A stretch of DNA of 64,000 nucleotides from Gracilinanus agilis. Taxonomy: Eukaryota. The DNA lies in NCBI RefSeq assembly GCF_016433145.1, contig NC_058130.1, forward strand, positions 496,394,966-496,458,965, read 5' to 3'. The translations under genes were made by a program, and so were the position numbers. Shown here piece by piece: positions 10,791 to 24,679 of this stretch. The stretch's first letter is position 1. Each line of letters opens with the position of its first letter. The notes under the pieces were generated by a model. That model searched no databases. It was not told the DNA's origin and saw nothing but the letters and a program-made list of their open reading frames with translations.

Positions 10791-13379
10791 ACAATAACTC
10801 CACCACTACTCTTTTTCATCCTCTATCTCAGTTCATACTGATTTGGTGCAAAGTATTAAAACCTAGAAAAAGGTGGACATCTCTATCACTTTGAATAAAT
10901 ATTCTGTGGAAGATTCATGGGAGGACATGGTCAAGAATGGCCATGATGAAAATCTGTGTGACTTTGAATGTTTCCTGAGGCAATTAACCAATCTATCCCT
11001 GAGCAGTTATTTAGCCGCTCTCAGACTCAGTTTCTTCATTTACAAGGAAAAGTAATAATAGCACCTACTTCACCCCAGTTGTAAGAGTCACATGGGATAA
11101 CATATAAAGTCAAAGAACAGAAAGTTCTATTTAAATGTTAGCTTTGGTTATCACTAAAAAAATCCCATCTAGCACTGTGTTCTATCTACAGCAGGCACTT
11201 AACAAATGTTCAAATTAAATATTACTTTTTAATTTTGATTCTGTCTACAGAGCATCGTGAAGGAAATAAAATAAATTTAGAAGCCTATAGACTGGTTCTA
11301 GACTTGGCTTTAAGTTTAAGTTTAAGTTGTTTGACCTTTGTAGACTTTGGTTTTATCCTAGATAATATGAGAGAATTATATTAAATGATCTGTTTGGTTC
11401 ATTTCAGCTCTGAAATTCTATGATGTTGCATCCACTTTCAAGGGAGGGAAAAGACAAATGAGGTCAAGGTTGCTGGCCTGCACATTTCACTGTGATGAGA
11501 ATCAAACCTTGAAGATACCTTTCTCTCTTCTCCCCTTCATCCTCCCAGCTTTATCTCTGTGGGCCTTCTAAGAGCAATAAAAACATATTTTTGGCCCCCA
11601 CAACTCAGCATAATTCTGGCGTATGCTTAGCTAGCTCTCTTCTTGCTTGTAGATCTGTTTTTACTTCTGGCACTCACTAGGGGCTTAAATGTTTCCGCCT
11701 TGGAGCTCCCCCCCCCCTTTGTTAAGGGCTTCAACCATCTTTTCTTAAGAGCCTGCTTCATTTCCACAGCACTGCATCAGAATTGTAGATTCTGATCTTA
11801 CAAAATAGCTTTGGCATTTAACAAAAACCCTGCAGGGAAAAATAAAAAGGCCCTGAAGTCTCAGTGTAATCATGCTCATTTTAAGAACTTCAGTCATTTG
11901 TCCTTGGCTCATTTTTTTCCCAGAAATGACTGGCACCAGCAACTTGTTTCGTAAGGGCAGTTGGCCCAGGTCTCGCTTGGCTGGTCTTGAGGGATGATTT
12001 TGGTTACCCATTCCGCTTGCCAAGTCCCATATTCCCTGATGACCTACTTTGGATTTGAAATTTCCATCAAGACCACCTGCCTGGCATTAATTAGTTATGG
12101 TTTCTTGTTTTATATGCAAAATTGCTTTAATTTCTATGAGCTGGCACAGATCTTGGGTTTTCCCTCCTAGTTCTACTGTACAGGCAGCATTCTCTAGCTG
12201 ACCCAGCCATTCAATTTATCCCAGCAGGTTGTCTATAACCAGGATAGAAAAGCAGTCAAGCAGATCCAGGGGGAAGACAATGAGTAGTTGAGGGAAAATC
12301 AAACAAGTGTCTACCAAACCTCCCTTCCCTTCCAAGACACAAACCTAAGTCATATGTGTTACATCCCAATCCATATACCTTTCCTGACTATTGCAAGAGA
12401 ACTGTAAAAAAAAAAGGAAATAGGTATCCAGAATTTTTTTGTTTTTAGTGATCCATAGTATGCCTATTTTAAGTGTATCCATTCATCACCAGTTACTCTA
12501 TCAAGTTCAGCTGCTTATCCTATTACTTTCATTGGATTTCATGAGGAATACTCATTCCTAATCTACCTGACTTCCCCTTTATCATGTACAAATGTAAGTG
12601 AGCAATTTCTCTCCAGAGCTAAATGCCCTATTCAGGGACTTTCCTAAATTTAGGTCTATCTCATTTTACTTTTTCAGATTCTGCCCAGCAATGAGCATCA
12701 GCATGGTGGAGACTAGATTTGTGGCTTTCTATAGTGGAAAGATTTGGTGCTGACATATAAATGGAGCAATATAAGCCTTTGAAAAGCTCAAGAGCTCCCC
12801 TTTCACATAAATAGAAAATTAGACCTGATTTGGACAGTAGGCCAAGAGCCAATGGCTATCACAAGGTGGCACCTTGGGATCATTTTGATTTTATGTACCT
12901 TAATTTTCACATCATTTTGGGCCAATATTAAGTAGTGGCGGATAACAAAGTACCTTTATTCCATTTCAAATTCATGTGAGTGCCTAATATTATCACTGTA
13001 CTCTTGCATTCACTTAAATTTAAAACTGCCAGGGATTATATTTCCCCATCATGTTTGAGCTCGTCATTTAGAAAAACGACATTCAGCTTGAATCCTGGCA
13101 CCAACCACCATAGAAAAGGGCTGCATTCATAAGTATCACCTGATACCCTATCCATTTTTATACTCCATAACAGCAACAAAGTAATCTGGGGTCGTCTGAA
13201 TGGAAAGAAATAACATGGAATTACTTTCTGTCACCATTTAATTGTTCTCTGAATACTGGGTTATTGAAAAGTTTGGGACATTGATGAATAGCATCAGCCT
13301 TCACAATTGGAAGACTTATACTTCTTCCTTTGTTCCCTCTGAAATCATATTAATTCAGGATCAGCTATGGTCATATGTA

Positions 13380-13520
13380 CATCAAATTTTGAGTCAGAGG
13401 TCCTGCATTCAAATCCTGGCTCATGCCCAGCTACTTCATACCTTTGCAATGTTGGACAAGTCATTGAACCTCTCTGAGCTCTATTTCCTCACCTATAAAA
13501 TGAGGAGGTGAAATTAGATG
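13380..13520 (+). mobile_element. MIR-family SINE
   Basis: ggacaagtcattgaacctctctgagctctatttcctcacctataaaatgagg. Confidence 0.75.
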
Positions 13521-13744
13521 GCCTCTGTAAGGAACAATTTCTCTCTAATGCTGGGTTAGCCCTAAGGAGAGAACTTCTACCTCTAAGTCCTAGTGTCATG
13601 AGAAGATTCTTACCAGGGAGACTACCCTTGGCATGACTTATGAGTAATTCAACATTCATTAAGTGCCTACCATGGATAAGAAACTATACTAAGTGCTGGA
13701 GGGAGTGTGAAGAGAAACACTACACAACAAGGAGTTAAAAATCT

Positions 13745-15715
13745 TTTATGTTAAATTTAAAATTTTTCCTGGTTACATGTCAATATAATTTTAAATGATT
13801 ATTTTCTGAGATTTAAAAATCCTTGTTTTCTCCCTCTCTCCTACTTCTTCCCTTTCCACAAGATGGCTGGTAATATAATAAAGGTTGTACACATGTTATC
13901 TAACACATATTTCCATGTTCATCATGTTGTAAAAAAAGATACATATTGCTTACACTAGAGAAAAATTCATGGAGGAAATAAAGTGAAGAATGGCATGTTT
14001 CAATCTGCATTCAGACTGAGTTTATTCCTTCTATGACAGTGGATATTCTTTTTCATCATGAGTCCATTGGAACTATCCTGGATTCTTACCTTTTTGATAA
14101 TAGTTTCATCATTCACAGCTGATCATCATACATTATTGCTGTTATATCCCATTATTTTCCAGATAATTGCCACTTCAAAAATAGCTACTATAAATAATTT
14201 TTGTACAAACATAGCCTTTTCCCCTTTCTTTGATTTCTTTGGGGTACAGACACAGTAATTGTATTGCTGGGTCAAAGGTATGGACAATGTTATGGCCTTT
14301 TGGGCATGGTTCCAAATTGCTTTTCAGAATGCTTGGACCAGTTCACAGTTCCACCACTAGTATATTAATGTCCTATTTTTTCAACTTTCTCTCCAACTTT
14401 TATCATTATCCTTTTTTTGTCATATTAACAAGTCTGAAAGATGTGAGGTGTTACCTCAGATTTGTTTTAATTTGCAATTCTCTAATTAATAGTTATTTGA
14501 AGCCTTTTTTATATGACTAAAGCTAGTTTTAATTTCTTCATCTAGAAATTACCTACTTAAATCTTTTGACCATGTTTCAATTAGGGAATGCTTTATATTC
14601 TTATAAATTCTCTCTATATATATTTGAGAAATTAAATCATTGTCAGGGATATTTGCTACAAAAATTTTTTCACTTTCTTGTTTCCCTCCTAATCTTAGTT
14701 GCATTGATTTTGTTTGTGCAAAACCCTTTTAATTTAATGTAGTTGAAGTTATCTATTTTTTATCTTGTAATATTCTCTATGTCTTGATTGGGTGTAAATT
14801 CTTCCCTTATTTATAGATCTGACAGGAAAACTAATCCATACTCCTCTAATATGTTTATGGGTTCACCCTTTTTTCCTAAATCATTTTGATTTTATCTTGA
14901 TATATGGCATGAAATGTTGGTCTTTACCTAGTTTCTGCCATACTGTTTTCCACTTTTCCACCATAGTTTTTGTTCAGTAATTGGTTTTTCCAAAAGCTTG
15001 GACCTTTGAGTTTGTTGAACACTAGGTTACTATGGTCATTCACTACTCCATGTTGAATGCCTAACCTATTCTACTGATCCACAATTTTTTTTAGTCAGAA
15101 CCACATGGTTTTGATGATTGCCACTTTGTAGAACAGTTTCAGATCCAGTATACCTAAGTTACTTTCCTTCATATGTTTTCATTATTTCCCTTGATATTCT
15201 TGACCTTTTATTCTTCCAGATAAAATTATTATTTTTCTAGCCTTTTAAAATATTTTAGGTAGTCTGATTGTTATGGCACTGAATATAAATTAAGGTAGAA
15301 TTATTATTTTTTTATATTAGCTTGGTCTATCGATGAGCAATTAATGATTTTCCAGTTTTTTAAATCTGACTTTAATTGTGTGAAAAGTATTTTGTAGTTG
15401 TGTTCAGTTTCTGGATTTGTCTTGGCAGATGGACTCCCTGGTATTCTATATTGTCTATAGTTATTTTAAATGGGATTTCTCTGTCTCTTGCTGCTGGGCT
15501 TTATTGGTAGTATAAAGGAAATGCTGATGATTTATGTGGATTTATTTTACATCCTACAACTTTGCTAAAGTTGTTAATTGTTTCAACAAGTTTTGTGGTT
15601 GATTCTCCAGGATTCTCTAATGTATACCATCATATCATCCACAAAGAGTGAGAATTTTATTCCCTCATTGCCTGTTCTAAGTCCTTCACTTTCTTATTCT
15701 TCTCTTATTGCTATA
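13745..15715 (-). mobile_element. Old L1: 3' UTR and distal ORF2
   Basis: Continuous similarity to the reverse complement of L1 3' sequence, e.g. gtaattgtattgctgggtcaaagg and gatgtgaggtgttacctcag. Confidence 0.88.
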
Positions 15716-15789
15716 GGAGTTAAAATTCTAAACCAGCCTGAGCTTCGGTTTTGTTGGTGGTGGTTTTCAATTTTTTCCAAATCTTTGTG

Positions 15790-16000
15790 ACCTCTTTTAG
15801 GGTTTTCTTGGCAAAGATACTGTGGAGAGATTTGGCATTTCCTTCACCAGCTCATTTTTATAGATGAGGAAATTAAGTCAAACAGGGTTAAATAACTTAC
15901 CCAGGGTCACACAACTAGTAAGTGTATGGGGTCAAATTTGAATTCAGGCAGATATGTCTTTCTTACTCCAACCCAGAACTCTATCCATTGAGCCACCCAG
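15790..16000 (-). mobile_element. MAR1-like SINE
   Basis: ttttcttggcaaagatactg...ccttcaccagctcattttatagatgagg. Confidence 0.8.
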
Positions 16001-16639
16001 GTCTGATTAATCACTTAGTAACTGAAACATGAAGATGAGCCTCTCAGCCAAGGATGAAGAGTGTTATCATACAAAAGTACAAAAGCAATTTTACATTGTT
16101 TCTCTTTAGAGTTGCATTGATCAAGCAGCCCCTAAGTTACAAATTGGTTGTTTTAAGAAGTTAATTTTATGTATTTATACATACTTTATTTTCCCCTAAT
16201 TTAGCAAGTATTTAAAATAAAATTCGCAATGGGAGAAATATTTTGAACTAGGTAGCTTTTCCAACTCTGAAATGTCCTGAAAAATTTGGAAAATTACCAG
16301 CTTACAAAAGCATGAAGCCTCAGGAGCTATAGAGATGACTAACAGGACTAACAGTAATAGAATTATTTGCACAGGAAAAGGAAATATTTTAATAAATAAT
16401 GTAGAAAGAAAGCTCAACTCCTTGAGAAAAGGGGCTGTTTTACTTTTTTTATTTGTATCCCCAGAAACAAGCACAGTGCCTGGAATGTAGGAAGACTTAA
16501 TGAATGGTTCTTGATAAAATTTCATGAAGAGTCACAGAAAGGTTGTAAATAATAAATATCTTTGAGAGATTTCTGGGTGGTATTTTGATATTCATTTGTT
16601 TTCGTGAGTGTGAAATTATGTAAAATTCTAGCTGGTAAT

Positions 16640-16960
16640 GCAAAACAAAAAACAAGGAGTCCAGAGCCTAAGCATGAGCTGAGGCTTGTCTAAAGTGCTT
16701 TTGGCAACAAAAAGAGCTTTTAAATTGATTTTTATAGCAAAAAAAAAAAAAAGAGCAAGGGGTAGGCCTACTGTTTGAGGCAGATGGTGTAATCATTAAC
16801 AGATGAGAGAGAAGAACAATATAACTCGTTTTATAATCTGCTCAATCTTCTGTCGTGATAAAGAATCTTCAGATTGAATGGGATAGATCCAGTATAGGTT
16901 TAAGAGACACTTGTAGAAAGTAGGTAGGAATTCTAGAGGAGTTCAGGTTTCCTTGATGGA
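16640..16960 (+). mobile_element. CR1/L3 LINE fragment
   Basis: Degraded HELRL..NKK..GVGLLFEADGVIITD, resembling CR1 ORF2. Confidence 0.6.
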
Positions 16961-17171
16961 GCAAATGCAAGATATCTGTTCTTTTCCCTATCCCATCCTT
17001 TTCCTAGGTAGCTTACTATACTAATCATCTTCTTTCTCTTTTCAACCTCATTTTTTCTGCTGAATCCTTTTTCTCTACTAAAATAGGTTCTTAAAGGCCT
17101 GTCCTTTGATCATGCTATTGTTTCAAGTTTTATTCCCCTTAAATGTCAAACTTCAAGAAAAAATAGTTTAA

Positions 17172-17385
17172 AGGTAGCTAGGTGGTTCAGTGGACAGAGA
17201 GAAAGGCCTGAAAATGGGATACCCTGAGTTCAAATTTGGCCATAGACTCTTCCTAGCTATTTGAAACTGGGCAAGTCATTTAGCCCCAGTTGCTACTTTT
17301 AGCAAATTTAGCCCTTGCCACTTTTCTGCCTTGGAACCAATATTTTGTATCAATTCTAAAATAAAGGTTTATAAAAAATTTTAAG
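17172..17385 (+). mobile_element. SINE1_Mdo-like SINE (older)
   Basis: tRNA head, CORE and ttctgccttggaaccaat tail. Confidence 0.8.
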
Positions 17386-17469
17386 AAAGAATAGTCTATA
17401 TTGACTTCACCCATTTTCCCATAACTCACTCTGCTTAACAGCCCTTGAAATAAGGCTGCTGAAGATTGG

Positions 17470-18260
17470 CCAATATGACAATAAACGAAACTAATAAATG
17501 TTGGAGGGGATGTGGCAAAATCGGGACACTAAAGCATTACTGGTGGAGTTGTGAATTAATCTAGTCATTCTGGAAAGCGATTTGGAATTATGCACAAATG
17601 GCTTTGAAAGAATGCCTGCCCTTTGATCCAGCCATACCCCTGCTAGTTTGTACACCCAAAGTGATAATAAGGAAAAAGACTTAGACAAAAATATTCATAG
17701 CTACACTCTTTATGGTGGCAAAAAACTGGAAAATGAGGGAATGTCCCTTGACTGGGGAATGGCTGAACAAATTGTGGTACATGATAGTGATGGAATACTA
17801 TTGTGCTATAAGGATTGATGATTTGGAGGCTTTCCATATGAACTGGGAGAACCTCAGTGAACTGATGGCAGAGTGAAATGAGTAAAACACTGTGGAACAA
17901 TCCAATGAAATGAACTTTGCTATGAGTGGCAATAAGCCAGGACTCTCCTGAAGAACTTATGGGAAAGAATGCTAACCTCATTGAGAGAAAGAACTATGGG
18001 AGTAGAAATGCAAAAGAACAATGATTGATCACTTATCATATATATATATATGTATATGGGTATATGATTGGAGTTTAGGCTTTAAAGGGTCATTCTATAA
18101 CAAAAATGAATAATATGGAAATAGGTAACAAGTGATAACATTTGTACAACCCAGTGGAATTGTTTGTTGGCTCTGGGAGGGGGGAATGTAGTGGGGACAG
18201 AAAGAAAAATGAATCAAGTATTTAAAAATAAAAATTAAAAAATAATAAAAAATAATTTAA
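17470..18260 (+). mobile_element. L1 3' end
   Basis: Closely matches the 26270-27010 copy; A-rich tail at about 18225-18260. Confidence 0.88.
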
Positions 18261-19049
18261 AAGTAGAGAGAAAAAGAAATAAGACTGCCTAAGTCACCAC
18301 TCTAATGAAACTATTCTCTTCTAGGTCACCAGTGATCTCTTAATTGCTGGATCCAATAACCTTTTCTCTATTCTTTTCTTCTTTGACCTTTTGCAACCCT
18401 TAGTACTGTGCAAATACCTTCCTTTTGTATATTCTCTTCTCCAGGTCTCAATAATGCACAGAAAATCATAGTATTTTAGAAATGGAAAGGACATCAAAGA
18501 ACATTTAGTCTAAACCAAACCCCCAAAAAGTCCCCACCAAAATATTTCAGACACTGGATGTCTTTAATATGGAGGCCAATATGGAGGCCAGCAAAGATAA
18601 TACATTAAGGAGGAAAGAGTATAGTTTAAATCTCCCCCACAATTATTCCAACAAAGAACTAGAAAGAACATCAGGCTAAGGCCTGATTCAGCAATGTAAG
18701 GAAAAATGAGTGATTTTTTTTTTCCTTCCCTGGTCAGCAGAGGAAGAATGACATAGATCTATAGACCTTGAAGACTAGGTATAGCCATGAAGATGCCTGA
18801 GAAAAGTCACTAAACTGGGATATGGTTTTGTGCTCAAGGGAAAGATGACATCACAGATCCAATAGAGATAGTTCTGATCCTATATAGACAGAGAATTAGC
18901 AACTCTATTGCTAACTCCCCACTGTTGGGTCACAGATACAGTTTGCATAGATTGAGGAAAGAACCTGTATGTAAGAGTGGAAGATGAGGAAAAGAAGCAG
19001 TAGCTGACCTAAGAGATATACTCTGGCCAAGAAACAGAAACAGAAGCAA

Positions 19050-19685
19050 GCAATAATCTTGTGGTTCTGACTCTGGAGTGAGATGTCATATTTACTCCTT
19101 AGCATAATCTGAGATCCGTAGCTACAAAAAGAAAGCAAAGACCTCAGACCAAGGGAACATCTACTGTTCTATCCTACAGAGCCCTGCAGATAGGTAGGAG
19201 GGCCAGCAGCAATATAATAGGAGCTCCAACCATGGAAAAGCCTGTGGCTCTGTTATCCATATCTCATCTTGTGTCAAAAACTTATGATGTTCAGACCAAG
19301 ATGGAAGTTATCAGAATTTCCCCTAAATAGAACCATTTGAGGCACACTGAAAGCTTACAGATTTCTAGGCCAAGTTGCCTCTAAAATTCTAGAAGAATAC
19401 AGCAATCCATACCTGGAGAAAGCACCAGCAGGACTTGTAAATAGAAATGTACAAAGTCCCAAACCAGGAATTAAAGTTAACACAGTGTGTAAACCAACAA
19501 CAACAAAAAAAAGACTCCCACCATAAAGTCATTGTGGTCACAAGGATACCCAAGACACAAATCCGTAAGAAAATAATGATACCAAAATATCTACTGAGTC
19601 AAAAAAATTAAACAAATCTTGGACACAAGTCCAAGTAGAATTCCTGTAAGAAATCTAACAAGATATTTTTAAAGAAAACTGCTTG
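19050..19685 (+). mobile_element. Old L1 5' UTR / ORF1-start fragment
   Basis: Degraded ORF1 N-terminal pattern (gtcacaaggatacccaagacacaaat...ttggacacaagtccaagtagaattcctg). Confidence 0.55.
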
Positions 19686-19949
19686 GAGGACTAAAAGGAT
19701 ACATGATTTGGGTAAGGTCACAATGCCAATGTTCAAAGCCAGGTACAGGTGTCTATGTGCCACACCTTTAATGCAGCCATACCTCTAATAATAATGTTAT
19801 ATAGATGAGAAATGTGCTTTGAAGGAACCCAGGAGCTGGAAATTGTTAGAAAAGGAAAGACCAAAGTTGATGGAATGGGATGACGACCAATTAAAATATT
19901 TGAGGGGTGTATGAAGGAGAGATCAAACTTATCAGCAAGGTAGTAAGTA

Positions 19950-20510
19950 GATAGAATACTAGATCAAGAGTCAGAAACACCTGAGTTCAAATCTGGCCTC
20001 AGACACTTCCTATCTGTGTGACCCTGAGAAAGTCACAACTTCAGTTTGTTAATCAGAAAAATAATAATAAAGTGTCTAACCTCCATGGTTGTAGAAAAAT
20101 AAAAAGAGATAATACTTGTAAAGTCCTTTGCAAACTCTAAAGTACTACATAAAGGCAAGCTCTTCCTTTTATCACTGTTGTTATTGTTCCAGGGACAGTT
20201 AGTTGGCCAAGCCTAGAATTACATTGTCAGAATTCAAATCTGGCAACAAACGCTTAGTACTTCTGATAAAGCAGATAATTTATTTTTCAGGTAGCTTATT
20301 TGGGTGACCCGAGTTCAAATGTGACCACAGACATTTCCTAGCTATGTGATGTTGGACAAGTCATTTAACCTCTGTTTGTCTCAGTTTCCTTATGTGTAAA
20401 ATGGGAGTTATAGCACCTGCCTGCCAGGGTTGTTGTAAGGATCAAAGAATTGTAAAGTATTTATCTCAGCCTTTGACATATAATAAGAGCTATAGAAATC
20501 CTTGTTATTA
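19950..20510 (+). mobile_element. Two MIR-family SINEs (about 19950-20170 and 20300-20510)
   Basis: CORE motifs gttcaaatctggcctcagacac and ctcagtttccttatgtgtaaaatggg. Confidence 0.7.
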
Positions 20511-20744
20511 TTATTCCAGTAGACAAAAAACAAACCAATGAGGAAAAAATATGAGGAAGTATGAGGAAGATTTCAGCTTAATATAAATGACTACTGACAA
20601 ATCAGTGATCTGAACATTAAATTATCTGTTTTATTAGATAACAAGTTCCCTCTTATTGGTGGTGCTCAAGTACAGACTGGACGATTATTTCTATAACAAA
20701 AGCTATTCATGCATCAGGCAGAGGATTGAACTAAATGATTTTTT

Positions 20745-20935
20745 TAAACCTTACCTTCCATTCTAGAATCCATATTAAATATTGGTTCCAAGACAGAAGA
20801 GTGGTAAGAGCTAGGCAATGAGAGTTAAGTGACTTATCCAGGATCACATAGCCAGGAAGTATCTGAAACCAAATTTGAAGCCAGGACCTCCTGTCTCTAG
20901 GCCTGGCTCTCAATCTACAAAGCTACCTCACTACC
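20745..20935 (-). mobile_element. SINE1_Mdo-like SINE
   Basis: Reverse complement of the SINE1 head, CORE and tail. Confidence 0.85.
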
Positions 20936-21055
20936 TATGAACTAAATGACTTCTAAAAGTATTTTGAACTTTTAGATTCCCACCATTTTAAATGCTTATA
21001 CAGTACTACCCATAAGATCAACTTGTAATAAATCACTAATGGGTATATTTTTCCA

Positions 21056-21295
21056 AGGCAGCTAGGTGGTACATCAGATAGAATTCTGGGCTTGGAGTCA
21101 GAAAGACTCATCTTTGAGTCAAATCTGGCCTCAAACACCTAGTAACTATGTGACCCTAGACAAGTTATTTAACCTTGTTTGCCTCAGTTTCCTTATCTGT
21201 AAAATAACCTAAAGAAGAAAATAGCAAAGCACTACAGTATCTTTGCCAAGAAAACCTGAAATGGGATCACAGTCAGAAACAACTGAAAAATAATA
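21056..21295 (+). mobile_element. MAR1-like SINE
   Basis: ggcagctaggtgg head; tactacagtatctttgccaagaaaacc tail. Confidence 0.8.
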
Positions 21296-21324
21296 TTTTC
21301 CAAAAATGTCAGACTCTATTTTTT

Positions 21325-21535
21325 ATTTAATAATTTTTATTTTTTAGAAAAGTTAACATGGTTACATGATTCATGCTCTTACTTTTCCCTTCACCCCCCG
21401 AGAAATGTGCATTTCCACTGGTTTTAACATGTGTCATTGATCAAGACCTATTTCAAATTGTTGATAGTTGCATTGGGGTGGTAGTTTAGAGTCTACATCC
21501 CCAATCATGTCCACCTCAACCCATGTGTTCAAGAA
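21325..21535 (-). mobile_element. Short, 5'-truncated L1 3' UTR
   Basis: T-rich start followed by ttaacatggttacatgattcatg, matching L1 3' termini elsewhere in the window. Confidence 0.75.
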
Positions 21536-22559
21536 TTAGGATTCCACCTGAATTCCATTTTTCAGGACCATTATTTTCTGTGCTGGCAAAATTTGAAGTA
21601 TAAATGACATTTTAACTCCAATTCTATTGATATATTCTTTCTCTTAATCAACGTTCTTTTCAAGGGCAGATTTGCTTACTTATATGGCAAGGTTTAAATA
21701 CCACTATATTGCCATCTGCCAGTTACAATTGCCAGACTCATCAATATTTTTACTACTCCTGCTGCTTTGGGCTAAATTCTATTACCTTCTGAAAACTGAG
21801 TAACTTTTCCTGTTGTATGACTATTGCCCTTGCTGAAATTGCTATATTGGGAATTTTTTTCTCCTTCCTTAACCAGTGCTTTAATTTATGCCTCTCTTAC
21901 CAAACCACAAAATGTGGCACAGCTCATTTTGTGACAAACTCAGTATTTAAGATCCAAGCCCTATTCCCCCACCCCAAAACTTCCCTAATGAGCTATCAAT
22001 TACAATGAGCTTTCATTGATTTAAACTGAAATTTTAAATTGAATTGAATAAAACTGAATTAAAATGAAATTTTCATTCCTCTCCAGGTTCTCCCAGACTC
22101 TCTCTACAATGCTCCAGAAACCTTTTCACCCTCAAAGCTGACCCCATCCTGAACTTCACACCATAGAACTACTTTCTGTTCTTTCTGGTCTTTCCCTGTG
22201 ATTGACTTACTCCTTTCAAAATTTCGGTTTTAAGAAGGGTTCCCAGACTACCCATGTTTTCATTCCTCTCCAAAGTGCACTACTAATTCTACCAAACTTT
22301 CTCCAAAGTACTATCAGAGGCCTGCATCAATCCGTCAGTTTACCAAATGGAAAATTGTCACTGGTTAGTTCCACAAATTCTTCTATCAACTAAATCTTTA
22401 CCTATCAATAAGTTCCTCCAACCTAATTTCCAGACTCCTGCTTTTTTCATCATTGTTATTGCAAATTACTTTCAAAGACAAACACCTGTCCCTCTCATCT
22501 ACTCTTGTGTCCTCCTAGGGATTATTCCCTAATGCTCTATCTCTCCTTGAGATTATTTC

Positions 22560-22790
22560 AACCTCAATCTTTTTTCTGAGATAGTTCCTTCTGTCATGCC
22601 CTATACATTTCCTATTCTTAAGTTAACAAAATTCCCTATATCCTTGACTTTTCTTCAAATGTCATATTTCCCTTCTTGTTTTAAATGAAATCTGGGTTTC
22701 CTTTGATCAAACGATTTCCCTATCATTTCCTTCTAATGGGGTCTGAATCTTTTGCCATTTATTACTAATTACGGGACAAGGAAGTTCAGT
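22560..22790 (+). mobile_element. L2 endonuclease fragment (pyrimidine-rich L2-like DNA probably extends back to about 21600)
   Basis: Degraded LLVLNEIWVSFD resembles the L2 endonuclease LLALTETW motif. Confidence 0.5.
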
Positions 22791-23030
22791 TGTTCAGTTA
22801 TTTTTCAGTTATGCCTGACTCTTCATGATTCCATTTGGGGTTTTCATGACAAAGGTACTGGAATATTTTACCATTTCCTTCTCCAGCTCATTTTACAAAT
22901 GAAGAACTAAGGCAAACAGGGTTAAGTGACTTGTCAAAGATCACATAGTAAGTGTCGGAGGCCAATTCAAATTCAGATCTTCCCAACTTCAGGCCCAGTA
23001 TTCTGTACTCTGTACCACCTAGCTACCCAG
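22790..23030 (-). mobile_element. MAR1-like SINE
   Basis: ccatttggggttttcatgacaaaggtactgg...ccttctccagctcattttacaaatg. Confidence 0.8.
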
Positions 23031-23083
23031 GACAAGGAAGAAAGATCAACAAACTCCTGGATCCTTGTTTCAATTTCTAGACC

Positions 23084-23620
23084 AGGGGTTCTTAACATCA
23101 GATCCATGATGCTTAAGGGTTTTATTAATAGATTTCAGAGGCATCCAGGGAAAATTATATATTTATTTCAATTTGGTTTCCTTTATAATTGCAAGATGGT
23201 TTGATATATGCCAAGCATCCATGCCCTAGCACTCGCCACTGGACTTCAGATATTAGGGCCCTGTTTCTAGGAAAAGGCATTCTATGTTTTCCTACAATAT
23301 GAATGGGAGTAGCTTTTTTCACAGCACAGGAACATTCTATGTCTAAACTTCCAGATTGTGATAGGTTCTCTCTTCTTGCATCCTGGGAAGTAAAGGTTTT
23401 GTTCCCCCATAGCAAAAAGCCCTGTGACCCAAGAAATGGGCTTGGAGGTCCATACTGTTTTGTCTATCTGTTTCAAATTTAGGTATAGGCAGAAGAGTGG
23501 CCAAACCTGGATTTTATGAAAACCTTAGAGGCTGGATTTTAGGGTAGTAAGTGTGTAAATGTTTTACATATTTAAAACCATTATTCTAAGAAGGTAGCTA
23601 TCAGTTTTAGCAAACTGCCA
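23084..23620. mobile_element. Charlie-type hAT MITE split by about 360 bp of other DNA
   Basis: Left end caggggttcttaac; right half (catatttaaaaccattattctaagaagg) matches the contiguous copy near 43100-43200. Confidence 0.5.
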
Positions 23621-23636
23621 AACAGGTCAGTCTCCA

Positions 23637-23675
23637 ACACACACACTCATAGACACAGACACAGACATAGACACA

Positions 23676-23718
<43 letters not shown>
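23637..23718. repeat. Compound (CACAGA)n-(CA)n microsatellite
   Basis: Read directly. Confidence 0.95.
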
Positions 23719-23720
<2 letters not shown>

Positions 23721-23954
23721 CAGAAACACTATTGTAAACAGTAATTCCACAAAAATTCAATTGTTCAACTTCACATCTTTTGAAAGTCGCTCTTTATCCT
23801 AACAAATTTTGGGTCAATCTCCCAAATTTCTCTATGACATGCATTCCTGTTTTCTACCTGACTAGAAATACAGTGTGATATATAGTTAGTGGAAAGCATG
23901 CTAGACCAAGAAAGATAAGTTTATACCTCTCCCCCTACCCCCCCCCCCCGCATT

Positions 23955-24165
23955 GAGGTTTTCTTGGCAGAGATACTAGGGTGGTTTGCCATTTCCTTCT
24001 CCAGCTCATTTTATATATGAGGCAAACTCATATATGAAACTGAGGCAAACATGATAAAGTGACTTTCCCAGGGTCAAGTGTCTGAGGTTAGATTTGAACT
24101 CACAAAGAGGAGTCTTCTTGACTCCATATCTAGTATTCTATCCACCGAACTATCCAGATGCCTCA
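23955..24165 (-). mobile_element. MAR1-like SINE
   Basis: ttttcttggcagagatactagggtggtttgccatttccttctccagctc. Confidence 0.8.
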
Positions 24166-24679
24166 AGAACATAAGGACCTGCATTTAAATCCCACCTCCA
24201 ACTCCCAGGGCTGTCTTAAGAAAGTCACATCCCCTCTTCCATCTTGTTTCTCTAACTTTTCTAAGTAGGATAATAATAACAGCCATTTCACTAGGTTGCC
24301 ATAAGGATCAAATTAGGTAATGGTATGGAAAGTGTTTTGCCTTAATTCCTTTTTAAGCTTAAACATTATAGTCAATCATGTTAATGATATTCTCGCTAGC
24401 TCCCTTGAATTTCTTGAAACTTTTAACCTAATACATATTCTCAAACTCAAACCCTGATTATAACTTCTACATTGAAAATTTTCTATTCTACAGTGATTAG
24501 ATCCATGACAAATAGTATTTAATACCATTTGAGTACTCCCTGCTATCTGCCAAACCTTTCTGATGACTCATGAAAGAGCAAAATAAATAAAATAAAATAA
24601 AATAATATATATGTATTATAAAATCAAACCAAAAAATAAATAAGAAAGAAGTAAGGGAAGTAAATAAAATGCTAGAAAA

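Noticed and set aside
12678-12974. Possible plus-strand exon between a good acceptor and CAT|gtgagt
   Set aside because: Stops in all three frames, and such splice-site pairs are common by chance.
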